From contig OX597814.1 in NCBI GenBank assembly GCA_951406725.2, positions 558,001-622,000 on the forward strand: a DNA stretch of 64,000 bases, read 5' to 3'. The stretch comes from Octopus vulgaris. Its lineage: Eukaryota. Below are positions 1-12,999 of this stretch, in pieces. The position numbers and the translations under genes were made by a program. How positions within the stretch are numbered: the stretch's first letter is position 1; each line of letters opens with the position of its first letter. The notes beneath the pieces were generated by a model. It was given only the letters and a program-made list of their open reading frames with translations. It was not told the origin of the DNA and made no database searches.

Positions 1-109
1 ATATCATGCCCTGCTGTCTTGAATAATGAAGGGATAAGAACCCTTTTGATACACCATTTCTGCTGAAATACTCCGCTGTTGTTTCATTAATTTTCAAAAT
101 AACAAAAAA

Positions 110-482
110 TAGGCGTAGGAGTGGCTGTGTGGTAAGTAGCTTGCTTACCAACCACATGGTTCCGGGTTCAGTCCCACTGCGTGGCACCTTGGGCAAGTGT
201 CTTCTACAATAGCCTTGTGAGTGGATTTGGTAGACGGAAACTGAAAGAAGCACGTCGTATATATGTATATATATATGTGTGTGTATGTGTGTCTGTGTTT
301 GTCCCCCCAACATCGCTTGACAACCGATGCTGGTGTGTTTATGTCCCCGTAACTTAGTGGTTCGGCAAAAGAGACCGATAGAATAAGTACTAGGCTTACA
401 AAGAATATGTCCTGGGGCCAATTTGTTTGACTAAAGGCGGTGCTCCAGCATGGCCGCAGTCAAATGACTGAAACAAGTAAAG
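110..482 (+). mobile_element. tRNA-derived SINE family A (internal TA/TG microsatellite)
   Basis: tggctgtgtggtaag...gggttcagtccc head. Many copies, e.g. 1747-2052, 4958-5360, 16560-16920(-), 34000-34345(-), 45200-45590, 46294-46745, 48875-49262(-). Confidence 0.9.
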
Positions 483-1334
483 AAATTTTGACGGAAGGCT
501 TAAATCTAGATAACTTTAAAACAGGAAGTCTGTATCATAGAATCGTGGGTCAGGTGGATTAACGTGGTTCTAGACATACCCACAACAACAAACAAACGGG
601 AGGGTCACGGCTGGATCAGAGTTTTAGCCGCGGCTGAAACACAACTGGTCACAATACCCGTTTTCAATGGAAAAGAATTCTTTGCAGCCATTTCTGACGC
701 AAAGGTCACAGTTATCTCCCTTAGACAACTGGCGGGAAATAACCGACAATTGCCCTCAAATTACAACCTACAAACTTCCAGAAAAAATAAAATACAGACA
801 CTGAATGGCTATACTTTTATTTGATTTCAGTCACTGGACTACGACCAGACTGGAGCACCGCTGTAAAGCGTCGATCTCAGTACTTTGTAGGGATTGACCT
901 GCTGTTCGATAAATTAAACAGCAAATGTATCAGATTATATATAATCGAACTTTTGAAGGTTGTGACCAAGCATGGCTACAGTTCAATGAAACTACTCAAA
1001 TTATAAACAAAATCGTGATTATTTTATCGATTTTGAAAGAAAGAAAAAAAAATCAGTCGAAAGTAAAAGGAGGTAACTGAGTTATCAAAAGAAAATTACA
1101 ATGGAAAAAAAATGAATGGCTTCCATTGATTTTCTCACCCACCCGCATTCTACCCTTAAAGTTTTGTCTTCCAATTTCATTTACACCTAGTATTTCTCTT
1201 TCGGAATATGATATCGATCGCAGTACTTTGCTGGTTCTTTATTTCTATTGATCCTGCCAGGATGAAAGTCTGAGCGAACCGCCATACCCCCATCCGACTT
1301 TGTTTCCTCATAACTTCCAGAAAAATGGATATCT

Positions 1335-1740
1335 TTAAGTGAAATTTTATATAAATACGTTTCAGATAGTGTAAAGTCTGATTATATCGGAATTTGTAGT
1401 GAATTTTGTTTTCTTTTGGTGGGGGAGAGAAGTTTATGAAAATTCCTACGAGTGGGCTTTCAGTCTTCATAACTTTCGTCGGTGTTTTTTAATGAAATTT
1501 TCTATAAATAGCTTTCAATTGACGAAGATTACGATTATATGGGAAATTAATATAAAGAAGAAAATGATGGCCTCGCATAAAACACATACTAACACACGTC
1601 ACATGAAATTTCTATTAAAAAAATGTAATGCGTGTCCATATGTTTGTATGCGAGCCCAATAATTTTATTTCTTCTATTAAATTCCGATATAATCATAATT
1701 TACACCATCTGAAGCTTATTCGTATAAAATTTCATTAAAA
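1335..1740. mobile_element. Old DNA-transposon remnant with inverted arms
   Basis: tgaaattttat...ttcagatRgtgtaaa...tgattatatcggaattt (1335-1397) is inverted at 1676-1740. Confidence 0.45.
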
Positions 1741-2674
1741 AATACGTAGGCGCAGGGGTGACTGTGTGGTAAATAGCTTGCTTACAACCACATGGTTCCT
1801 TGTGTGATACTATAGCCTCGGGCCGACCAAAGCCGTGTGAGTGGATTTAGTAGACGGAAACTGAAAGAAGCCTGTCGTATATATATATGTGTGTGTGTGT
1901 GTGTTTGTGTGTCTGTGCTCCCCCCTCCAACATCGCTTGACATCGGGGACGTAATCTAGCGGTTCGGCAAATGAGAGACCGATAGAATAAGTACTAGGCT
2001 TTGCTCGACTAAAGGCGGTGCTCCAGCATGACTGAAAATAGTAAAAGAGAAAGAGAATTTTCTGGAAGTTATGAAGAAACAGGAGGTACACTTGTGTACA
2101 TATACCACTGGACCTCATTGTCATCAACACTTGGACAAGATTTTACCGGGTTTCCATGGCATGTAACTGACCGAATTCATCACATTCCTCCTGGACAGGG
2201 CGCTAGTCCATCGCAAAATGACTCATTCACAGTTGCGTGAACTGGAGCGAAGTGAAATTAAAGTGTTCTTACTTAAAAACACAACGTGCCTCCGTCCAGG
2301 AAACGAAATCGTAGGATTGCAGTTTCGTTTCCTACGATTGTGAGTGCAACGCCCTAAGCATGAAGGCCATGCGTTTTCAAAAAGTGGACCACGACAGAAT
2401 TTGAACTGAAAATGTAAGGAACCAGATCAATTCTCCAACGATTCTGCTGATCCATCTCCTTTAGGTTGTATATATGAATTTAAATGCCCACAAGGGGCTA
2501 AACATAGCGGGGACAAACAAGAACAGACAAATGGGTTAAGTCGATTACATCGACCCCAGTGCGTAACTGGTACTTAATTTATCGACCCCGAAAGGATGAA
2601 AGTCAAAGTCGGCGCGTGCTCACACTGACATACAGAAAACGTGCACAGACACACACATACATATACCGGAGAGC

Positions 2675-3880
2675 ACAATAAAATATAAAAAATTAAATTA
2701 AATAAATTAAATTAAATAAAAGATAAAATTTTAAAAAAATTTTTAATAAAATGAAATAAATAAAAATATAAAAAAATAAAAATTTAAAAAAATATAAAAA
2801 ATAAAATGAAATAAAATGACAAAATTAAATAAAAATAAAATTTAAAAAATAAATAAAATAAAAATAAAATAAATAAAATGAAATTAAAAAATAAATAAAA
2901 TAAACTAAACTAAAAATAAAATAAAAATTTTTTAAATAATAAAAATAAATGAATAAATAAAAAAACTTTAAATTAAATAAAATAAAATTAAATTAAAAAT
3001 AAATTTAATTTAATTAAATTTTTTTGTATTTTATTTTGTTTTATTTTTATTTTTCAAATTTTTTTAGCTTTTTCATTTTATTTTTTAAATTTTATTTTTG
3101 TATTTTATTTTATTTTTAAATTTTATTTTATTTTAATTTTTTATTCATTTTTTTTATTTTCAAATTTTTACTTTTTTAAATTTATTTTTATTTCTTATTT
3201 TATTTTAATTCTTTGTTTATTTTTATCTTAATTTTATTTTTTCAAATTTTTTATTTTATTTCTAATTTTTGCTAATTTAAAAAATTTTTATTATATTTTG
3301 AAATTAAAATAAAATTTTAAAAAATAAAAAATAAAATTAAAAAAATAAAATAAAAATAAATAAAAAATAAAATAAAATAAAAATAAAAATTTTAAATTTA
3401 AAAAATAAAATAAAATAAAAATTTAAAATAAAAATAAAATTAAAAAATGAAATTAAAATTTTTAAAAAAATGAAATTAAAATAAAATAAATTAAATTAAA
3501 ATAAAATAAAATAATATAAAATTAAAATACAAAATAAAATATAAAATTAAATTAAATTAAAATAAAATAAATAAATTTTAAAAATAAAATTAAATTTTAA
3601 AAAAAATTTTAATAAAAAATAAAATATGCAAAATATAGAAATAAATAAATAAAAATATAAAATATAAATAAATAAAATAAAATAAAATAATTTTTTTTTA
3701 ATTTTTAAATAAAATTAAAAAAATATAAAAAATAAAAAATGAAATAAAATAAAATAAAATTAAAAAATATAAATAAAATTGAAATAAAATAAATAAATAA
3801 AAAAATTAAACTAAAATGATATAAAATTAAAATTATTTTTTTTTAAATATAAAAAAATAAAATAAAATAATATAACATAC
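2675..3880. repeat. AT-only low-complexity tract (AAAAT/AAATT) with strand-polarity switches
   Basis: A-rich 2675-3010, T-rich 3010-3300, A-rich 3300-3880. Confidence 0.9.
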
Positions 3881-4249
3881 ATATATACATACATACAAAC
3901 AAACAAACCCCCATGCAGGCGACGGATTGACACGAAACTGTAAGAACGCCAGACCGGGTGGATACCTTGTAGTATTGGGTCCAGCATTTTGATTTCAAAC
4001 CCCGTCATGGCCAGCCTGGGTGGTGGACTTAATCGGCTACCCCGTTTAACACCACCACTCTCTGGCACTTTGGGTGTCTTCAGGCGAACATTGAGGCTGG
4101 GTTTTCGGTTTTTTATACAACTTTCAGACCATATTTGCATAACTACGACCGCGTAGTCAAGACCATGGAGATGCGGATCTTCGGGCAAGCGTCTTCGACA
4201 GTCTCAATTTACTACCAACCTTGAAAGTGAAAACAGATAGATTGAATCT

Positions 4250-4565
4250 TTAACTGGCTCTCCGTCGGTTACGACGAGGGTCCCACCTCATCCGACCAAC
4301 GGAACAGCTTGCTCGTGAAATTAACATGCAAGTGGCTGAGCACTCCACAGACATGCATACACTTAACATAATTCTCAGGGAGATTCAGCATGATACTGAG
4401 TGTGACAAGGCTGACCCTTTGAATTACTGGTACAACTTATTTGTGCCAGCTGAAGGATTGGAGCAACGGGAAACAAAACGTGTTGCTCAAGGAAAATGTG
4501 CCGCCAGGAATTGAACGCGTGACCTTATGGTCGTGAACCGAATATCCTAACTACTGAGTCGCGCA
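4250..4565 (-). mobile_element. tRNA-derived SINE family E
   Basis: tRNA-like head plus ccttgagcaa...ttgctcca. Copies at 58430-58910(-) and 52705-52925(+). Confidence 0.75.
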
Positions 4566-5585
4566 CCTTCACCAGATAGAAGCTTATCGAGTAGGCGATA
4601 TCTTGTTCTACAGGTAATGTTTCGGAATCCACCCACTTGCAAATGTGAAGGAGACGTGGCGTGGCATGGACAAGGCCACAGGAGCAGTTGCCCTCGATGT
4701 AAAATTCTTCGAAGTTCAAAATTTCGAGAAGGAAAGAAGAAACTCTCTCCCCGCAACAGTTACCCCGCCTCGACAGTGGCAACTATTACGGGGAGAACGG
4801 TTCAGCAAAAGATCCTGGTACCATAAGCACCAGTCTTAGAAAGTCCTAGAGTCGATTCATTCGACTAAAAAGGCGGTGCCCCAGCGTGACCGCAGTCTAA
4901 TGACTGAAGCAAAATAAAATAATTTTAGGAATTTAATCTGTAAGAAATTCAAACATATAGGCGCAAAAGTGGCTGTGTGGTAAGTAGCTTGCTTACCAAC
5001 CACATGGTTCCGGGTTCATTCCCACTGCGTGGCACCTTGGGCAAGTATTTTCTACTATAGCCCCGGGCCGACCAAAGCCTTATGAGTGGATTTGGTAGAC
5101 GGAAACTGAAAGAAGCCCGTCGTATATATGTATGTATGTATGTGTGTGTATATGTTTGTATGTCTGTGTTTGTCCCCACAACATCGCTTGACAACCGATG
5201 CTGGTGTGTTTACGTCCCCGTAACTTAGCGGTTCGGCAAAAGAGACCGATAGAATTAGTACTAGGCTTCTAAAGAATAAGTCCTGGGATATATTTGTTCG
5301 ACTAAAAGGCGGTGCTCCAGCATGGCCGCAGTCAAATGACTGACACCAGTAAAAGAGTAAAGAGTTAGAGTATACTTTCCAGATTACCAGGAAAAAAATG
5401 TGACAAGGAAGGAAAATGGTAACGTCTGTTACTAGTAATAATAATGGTTTCAAGTTTTGCCACAAGGACAGCAATTTTGGAAGAGGGGAGGAGTCGATTC
5501 CATCGACCCCAGTGTGTAACTGGTACTTATTTTATTGACCCCCAGAAGGGTGAAAGGTAAAGTCAATCTCAGCGGAATTTAGTAA

Positions 5586-5632
<47 letters not shown>

Positions 5633-6012
5633 CTGAAGTTGTCTATGTGTGTGAGGCAGGTTTGGTAGCCTTCAACAAGTACTATCTCCTCCGAGATCCT
5701 GTGGCGCAAGTTGACCAAAATTGAGAGTATGATAGAAGAAGGCTTGCTCTTACTTCCGTAGAAAAAAAAAATTCAAATCAGACCATGTTAACACCAAAAC
5801 TTATTTACACCAAAAAGGTGCTTTTTTTCTATGAAAATCCCTATTTTTTACGATTTTTTGACTGCTGTGTCGCCATTTTTCGGTGTATTTCAACCAGAAA
5901 AATGTTCACTTAAAGAAAATAACAAGCTACGTAATGCAAAAGTTTTACTTTTCAAAAATTCCAATTCTAAAGGATCGAAACAAACCCGAGCAACGCCGGG
6001 CGATACTGCTAA
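5586..6012 (+). mobile_element. Non-autonomous Helitron
   Basis: 5' TC after A; 3' hairpin cccgagcaacgccggg, then CTAA and T. Termini shared with 18715-19017. Confidence 0.75.
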
Positions 6013-7664
6013 TAATAATAATAATAATGCAGTGTACACAACGGTAATTTTCCTGTTGCTTCGCCGCGAAACTAAGAACGATATCATGAAAATTGCTTGC
6101 CATCTGTTGATCATGCTAGATGTATATACACTGTTACAAGATATGAAGCTGTGAAATTGTCAGAGATAAAGTTTTGTTTTACAATAAAAAACAGAAAGAC
6201 CACGTACCGGCAATTCTCCATTTTGTTGTTTCACCAAGAAACGAAGGATGATTATTTCTGGCACATTGTGCCGCTCTCAATGTTTATGTCCCCTTCCTAA
6301 ACCTGCGCGGTGCCATTAATCAGGAACCGGTTTGTAAATGGATGGGGAGTGTCTGCTTCCATGAATTTGCTTCCGTGAGTTTCGTTGGCCATCCATAGCA
6401 CAGACGGATCCCTTTAAAAGAAAGAAAAAATGCATTTCAGCAATCCACTCCTTAAAAAAGCCGTTGTTATATAAAACTGAGATCTCTTGTGATTAACCAA
6501 ATCCCCTTTGTTACAATCATCGAGCGTCCAACCAGCATCGAGCTTTCCATGAGAAAATTTTCCTATAGAATCGGAAGGAATCTTTCGCTTTCGATAAAAG
6601 TCTATGACGTCACGAGTGAATTTGTAACAGTTTTCCATCTCGATGTTCCGATTTTTATATAATTTTCTATTTTCCGCTTTTTAATTGTCGAATTTTTAAC
6701 CCCGATTTAGATTGTCACAATCGTTATATGTTGGAGTGTCCACGTTCGTCCCCTTCTATAGACAACAAAAGAAATTGTAACAGTTTTCCATCTGCTCGAC
6801 AGAGGTGAAGTCAAATACACTCGCGCACACATTCACTCCTGACTTATGTCATGTACCAATACCGAAGTAGGAACTTCTCTCGTGCGTAAAACCCCCCCAG
6901 AATCTCAAATTTTCAGTTTTGTATCGCAAAAGAACCAAAATGTGTGTCCTTAGCCTTCATTAAAAGGCGGACGGAAGAAGTTCAATCTTGAATTTGAGGC
7001 AGACGAGATGTTTTATGCTTCCAAAGCCGAGTATTTTTATAATCTTGGCAACATCTCCAAATACAAAAAAAGCTAAATTTTTCGTATTTGTACCAGTCTC
7101 GTGAGACGAGTGTGAATTTCTGATCGCTAGATTGTCGAAATGGTTCTCACTGCCTCATAGAGAAAGAAAAGGTCAAGGAACCGAGTGGCTGTTTTCTTTA
7201 AAGTTTTGTCCCCCCCCCCCCGCCCCACCCACCCACAAAAAAAAAATGTTATATTTTTGCTCCCAAGTCAGTACCTTTCTCCAGTAAATACTATTACACT
7301 CATTTCATGAAACGGGTGGATAAAAAATAATTACCATTATTCTGACCACATATTTCGGTAGATAAAAAGGATACTAAAAGAACTTTCAAAAGAACACGAC
7401 TCGGTAGGATTCTCGGATAAATTTTTAACTGTAGTTCTAATGAAGTGTTGAATGTCGGTAGAGCTAGGGTTTGTCCAAAAGAAAATAAATTGGCTACAGA
7501 AATCGTTCAAGCAATTTTTTTTTACCGACGTTTTTCAGTTTTTTATCTGGCAAAGACAAAAGATGGAGCCTTGCTCCAAATCAAAATGACGGGATGATTC
7601 GTCTTGAATGCCTATGATAAGTACGTTTAAGTAAAATCTAAGAAACATTCTGGTATCACACAAA

Positions 7665-7915
7665 CTTGGGCACCAAACCGTTAATCGTTAATTAACGACG
7701 TTAACATTTTCGTTAACGATTTAACTTTTAAGTTAACTTTGGAAAGCATTATCGGACTTATTAACTTCTGTTAAATTCAATTTCACAGATTTTATAGTTT
7801 TTACACTTTCGAAAGGTAGTTTTAGAGCAAAAACTGTTTTGTTAACATTAACGGTTTATCGATAACTTCTGCTACATCAGGAAATAACTGATTAACGGCT
7901 ATCGAAGTTAACTTG
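7665..7915. mobile_element. hAT-like subterminal repeat region
   Basis: Dense gttaac/ttaacg motifs after tgggcaccaaaccgttaatcg; no partner end seen. Confidence 0.4.
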
Positions 7916-7953
7916 TAGTATCACATAATAATATACAATACAACAAACTTATG

Positions 7954-7990
<37 letters not shown>

Positions 7991-9955
7991 ACCATATTTG
8001 CTTACAACTGTTGAACAAGCAAAGGAATGCTGGTGTTCACAGGAGGACACCAGGACAAGACGTGGCTTCACTACAGAGTAAGATTCAAGATAAAATATGC
8101 CAAACTACTGAGCAGCAAAATGCGGAGTTGTTGATAAGAGTGTCAAAGAGAAGTCTTGTAGAGCAACATCCGAAAGTTACGACGAGCGTTAATGAGAGTT
8201 AATGTATTGTGTGATCTCAGGTTGGCTGAAGAACGATTCTAGTCTCGGGATACACAGGAAACGGTTATCTATATGTTGATTTCTAGTTAGTAAACCGATT
8301 GGAGATACATGCAATATAACAAGTTAGCGACATCTGTTACTGAAACACAAATCTACCAAAGTAAATTCCCAAACCTAGAACGAGGGGGATATGTAGGGGT
8401 CACAATAGCCTGGATTCGCGGTTATAGAGAAGATGTACCCAAGATAACACGCAAGAGAATCCAGTTCAGAACCACGTGGTTGAGAACAAACAAACCGTTT
8501 TTGAAAGCATCAGTTTTCCAGAAAGTGCGCTGCTGAAATTATGATGCGTCGAATACAATATCGATGCGTCTTTTATGCAATCACATACGGTTACTAGTTT
8601 TTATACGGGCGAAATGCTTAGCGGTATTTCGTCTGTCGTTACGTTCTGAGTTCAAATTCCGCCGAGGTCGACTTTGCCTTTCGTCCTTTCGGGGTCGATA
8701 AATTAAGTACCAGTTACGCACTGGGGTCGATATAATCGACTTAATCCGTTTGTCTCTCCTTGTTTGTCCCCTCTGTGTTTAGCCCCTTGTTGGGAATAAA
8801 TAAATATATATATTCTTTATCTTTCAGTCATTTGACTGCGACTATGCTGGGCCGCTGCCTTGAAAAGGTTTTTTTAGTCGAATGAATCGACCCCAGAATT
8901 TGTTCTATCGTTGTTTTGCCGAACCGCTAAGTTACGGAGATATAAACCAACGCCTGTCGTCAGCGATGGTGGGGAAGAAACACACACATACATTTGTAAC
9001 CGAGGCAAAATGTGTAATTGATGTTTCGTTATTTTCTCCTTACCTGTTTGAAATCATTCCATTGCAAGTATTGCATCAGTATTTCGTATTGTTGCATCAT
9101 CTTTAGGAGTAAAAAAATTGGTCAGCATAATTGTTGCTGAAGGTGAGTCAGTCCGAAAAAAAGTCAGGTGACTTTTTCTCTTCTAGAAATGTTTCCTTGA
9201 CTTTTAACCCGATTATAATAACCGAGGTTGCTAATAAAAAAAAAAAAAAACTGAATAATTTTGATATGTATGGATGTTTTCTGGAGAACTGAAGCAGAAA
9301 AATTAACCTTGTGTTGGTTTACTCATTTTGCCCCAGCCAAATTTCTCTTTTATACGGTCAAAGAGAACGGCAATAATTTTAGGAAATAGTGATCAGATTA
9401 GATTGAATTGTTTTTTTTGGGTGGGGTGGGGTGGGGGGGTTATAGCAAGGAGAGGTCGCTAGATGAAGATAAAAGGTTCTGAGGTCACCATTTTGGTAGG
9501 TTTGTTGATACCATCACCTTAACGTTGTCCGTTGGTTATTAAGGTCGACAAAAGTTGTTCTCACGTCGGGTTGACTCCATGGTTGAAGATGATGTCGGCG
9601 ACGGTAGTTGTTGATAGCAGGGTGTGGTACACAGACGTCACCCACTGTGTTCGGTAGCTGTGGGGTGATAAATAACAGCAACTCGGCTCTGTTCAATAAA
9701 GCTTTATTCACAGCAGTGTGGGACACAGACGAATTGCCTTGCATAGAGATGTATGGTGTTTAATAGAGAAGATGTCTCTGGTGTGTTAGCAGTGAATGTG
9801 TGAAGACATTAATTGTGCTTTGTATATATATAGAGAGAGACTTGAAGTGTTCATTGTTAGCACGAGATAACGACATCGAGTCTGGTCTATTCTGCTGGAG
9901 CACGTGGAAGAAAGATTTTGTGTGCGAGACCAGCGTTAACGCTACAGAGCAAAAC

Positions 9956-10445
9956 AAGGCGGCGAGCTGGCAGAACCGTTAGCACGCTGGGCGAAATGCG
10001 TAGCCGTTACGTTCTGAGTTCAAATTCCGCCGAGGTCGACTTTGCCTTGCATCCTTTCGGGGTCGATAAATTAAGTACCAGTTACGCACTGGGGTCGATG
10101 TAATCGACTTAATTCGTTTGTCCCCTCGGTACTTGTATCGCAGAGTGGTCCCGGTTTGCGCACACGCGCGTCCGCGCTAGCCAGACGTAGGCAGTCGATC
10201 CTACGAGCTGACTGGCGCATGCACGATATACACTTGTATCGATATATATGTGTATACGATATATACTTGTATATATACGATACAAGTATATATCGTGCAT
10301 GTGCCAGTCAGCTCGTAGGATCGACTGCCTACGTCTGGCTAGCGCGGACGCGCGTCTGCGTGTGTGCGCAAACCGGGACCACTCTGCTATACAAGTACCG
10401 TCCCCTCTATGTTTAGCCCCTTGTGGGCAATAAAGAAATAGTTAT
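9956..10445 (+). mobile_element. tRNA-derived SINE family B inserted into the LTR
   Basis: ggcggcgagctggcagaa...gagttcaaattcc (B-box); TSD agagcaaaac at 9946-9955 and 10446-10455. Confidence 0.85.
10128..10399. mobile_element. Foldback MITE (272 bp) inserted into the SINE
   Basis: ~110-bp GC-rich inverted arms ggtacttgtat.../...atacaagtacc. TSD gtcccctc (10120-10127, 10400-10407). Confidence 0.85.
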
Positions 10446-11820
10446 AGAGCAAAACTGAATGCCTGGAGTCCTTTTAGAAGCGAGACAAGGAACTGCGACT
10501 ACATTATATAAGTGACAATCGGACGTAGCAGAGAACGCTTGCTCGAGGGATCCGGTCTATTCAGCCACACAGACTGAACAGAGCTGTAAACCAACCGTGT
10601 CGTTTGAGCCTACTCTGAGATGCAAAAGTGCACGTTTCAAACAACTGCTAATAAACATTCTACACTTTTAATGCAGGTAAGGGGAGGCCATTTTCTTAGC
10701 TGATATAGTTTTTGTAAAGTAAAGAATATATTTTGTCTCAAAGTCAAAAATGTAATTTAAAAAACCTCACCACCACTACCCGCCCACATTTTATGTTCAC
10801 ACACACGATGGGCTTTCGGTTTCCGTCTACCAAATCATCTCACAAGGTTTTGGTCAGCTCTGGGCTACCAAAAGAAATATTTGCCTAAAGCACCATGAAA
10901 TAGGACTGAACCTGGAACCATTTGGTTGGTAAGCAAACTTCTCAGCACACACCCCGCCTATACATTTAGATATTTCCTTTAGCCTATGGTAAGTAAAGTA
11001 GAATTAACAGTTTTGTGCACAGACAAGACAGAAACCGAGGGTGCATTCCGAATTTACAAATCAAAGTATGAAAGAAAAAACCATGGTCCACGCAGCTTCT
11101 GTTACTTAAAAGGAAGGATCTTTGTGGGGACAGATATTCACCTGAGAACATTAGGGGGCTTAAGTGAAATAATGAGATATCAAGCAGGAACCGAACGCTT
11201 CCTGTATCTCAACGGTTATTAATTTAGTGACATAACTAATTAGCAATTAAGACTATTGAAATACACACATCGATATCTGAAGTATTTGAGGACAGGAAAT
11301 GCAGGTGATGGAAAACAATGGGAGAGAAAGACAAAGATTTTAAAGATTCACCGAAATTATTTCTTGTTCATACAATTGGGAATGTAGTGTTGAATATTGT
11401 GGAAGGTTTCGGTGAAGAAAGTAAAACAAATGTAGCGAAGGTTTTAAAATGTTGTCCACTAAAATTGTTATCACCGAGAAATCGTTGCTAAGAGTTTTGA
11501 TTGCATTTTTGGGGGGTTTTTTTCGCCAGATTAGAAACATCTGGTTTTAAACTTAGTATAAAAAGAAAATCGATTCCAGTACTTGTCTGGTACTTTATTT
11601 TAGATCAACGCCTGAAGGATGGAAAGTGAAGATGGACAAAGATGATCAAACATTTGTAGATTAAGAAAAATGAAATGTTAAAATTCCTGTAAATATCTTC
11701 AGTGGAATTCTTTTCCAAACAATGAGGTGAGGTGTATGGAGAGAAGAACCCAAAATATCATACAAACTTTAAAAATAAAAGAATTCTGCCGAGTCCGAAT
11801 TTGAAATTTATAGAAAATAA

Positions 11821-12207
11821 TCAAACGTCTTTTGGTTTGGAATCAAATTTCTTTGGTTCATCCTTACAAATATCATTGGCATCATGAACTGGCAACGGCA
11901 AGATAAATCGAAGCGACAATTTCCTGAGACGTGTTAGGCTGACATAACGAATGATCTTCTTCTCACAAGATTTCGGTTCAAATAACTTCAACTTAAATTC
12001 TTCGATTGAAATTAAGCAAGAAATTTTTTGAATAAAAGAAGACACTTTTGAGTTTTGGAATTTCCGTCCATAGCGACGAACTATTCTGCTGGGACGATAA
12101 CGCTTTGCTTTTACTACTCCTTTCGGTCTTGTTCGTCTTTTTAATTTAGCAGCACTGTTCAAAGATTTTCCTGTAGAATCTATTGGTTGCTGCTTCCGGC
12201 TGACCAT
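11821..12207 (-). CDS. Highly divergent histone H3-like ORF (128 aa, intronless); H3 variant, cenH3-like gene or pseudogene
   Basis: By-eye alignment to H3: K4-Q5 and S10-T11-G12 are in register, followed by RYRP...R..RKFQNS, IQK, LRKLSLRFILPL (~LQEASEAYLVGL), DANDIC (~DTNLC) and KK....PKDV*L (~KR....PKDIQL). Confidence 0.55.
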   Translation of the reverse strand: MVSRKQQPIDSTGKSLNSAAKLKRRTRPKGVVKAKRYRPSRIVRRYGRKFQNSKVSSFIQKISCLISIEEFKLKLFEPKSCEKKIIRYVSLTRLRKLSLRFILPLPVHDANDICKDEPKKFDSKPKDV

Positions 12208-12999
12208 TTCTCTAAACTGACCACAAACCTTAACAGGATAACCTTGATAAATTTCGTATTTTTTTTTTTTTATCAATCATTGAAAATCATTTAAATAATA
12301 AATCGTTGACATTTGAAGTTAGTGTTGATAGGGAAAGTCCATTTGATGCGGCAGGAATAAATAAAATTTATGCAACTAAAGTGTACCTGATAAAAGAAAG
12401 GTTACGGTTTCGAACAAAGCAAAAGTTCTTGTAAGTAATTCGACCGTTTATAAAATAGCCTGAAGGTGGCGCTGAACATCAGCTGAAACAGGGAAGCAGC
12501 GGATCAAGTACAATTCAGATTATATAAACTTATATTATTTAAAATTTATATATGTATATATATATTTAACATGTAGACTAGCGCAGATATGTAAAATGAT
12601 TTATTATACACAAAAATAAGTTATTTTTCCATGTTGTTGGCTGTGAAACGATCGTAACTTTATGGATATCAACTGGTGAAATATATATATATTGATCTCA
12701 TACCTCCAGACTTTCTTTATATTCTGTGTGTGTGTGTAATGGTTAATTCGACAAAAATATTTTTAAATATATTTTTGTCGAACTAAGGTTGTGAATTATC
12801 AGAATTGTTACCATGCCGGACAAAATGCTTTGCAGCATTTGTTCCGACTTTACGTTCTAAGTTCAAATGCCTCCGCGATCGACTTTGCCTTCTATCCTTT
12901 GGGGTCGATAGAATAAATACCAGGTGAGCATGGACACCAGTGCTTGACTAGTCCTTATTCTGCCAGCTCACCACTTTAATACTACTACTAATAATACTT

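Larger units (their letters stand above)
9494..10664 (-). mobile_element. LTR-like sequence followed by a PBS, interrupted by a SINE
   Basis: Minus strand starts TGTAG and ends CCA. AATAAA lies internally, and TGGTGACCTC (PBS-like, 9481-9490) lies 3 nt downstream. Confidence 0.5.

Noticed and set aside
4250-4315. Possible HDV-like ribozyme at a SINE tail
   Set aside because: Could not build P2, P4 or a proper L3; more likely an ordinary 3' stem-loop.
6100-7600. Possible decayed coding sequence (atggaaaactgttacaaatt occurs twice on the minus strand)
   Set aside because: No recognisable domain in the frames I translated, and many stops; needs tBLASTn or an HMM search.
7995-8331. Second solo LTR (minus strand starts TGTCG)
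   Set aside because: No convincing TSD, PBS or second copy.
12398-12440. Hammerhead-like remnant (minus strand) upstream of the H3-like ORF
   Set aside because: Core reads CUUACAA and the cleavage site is deleted; too degenerate to call. Similar weak hints at 56345-56445 and 53590-53605.
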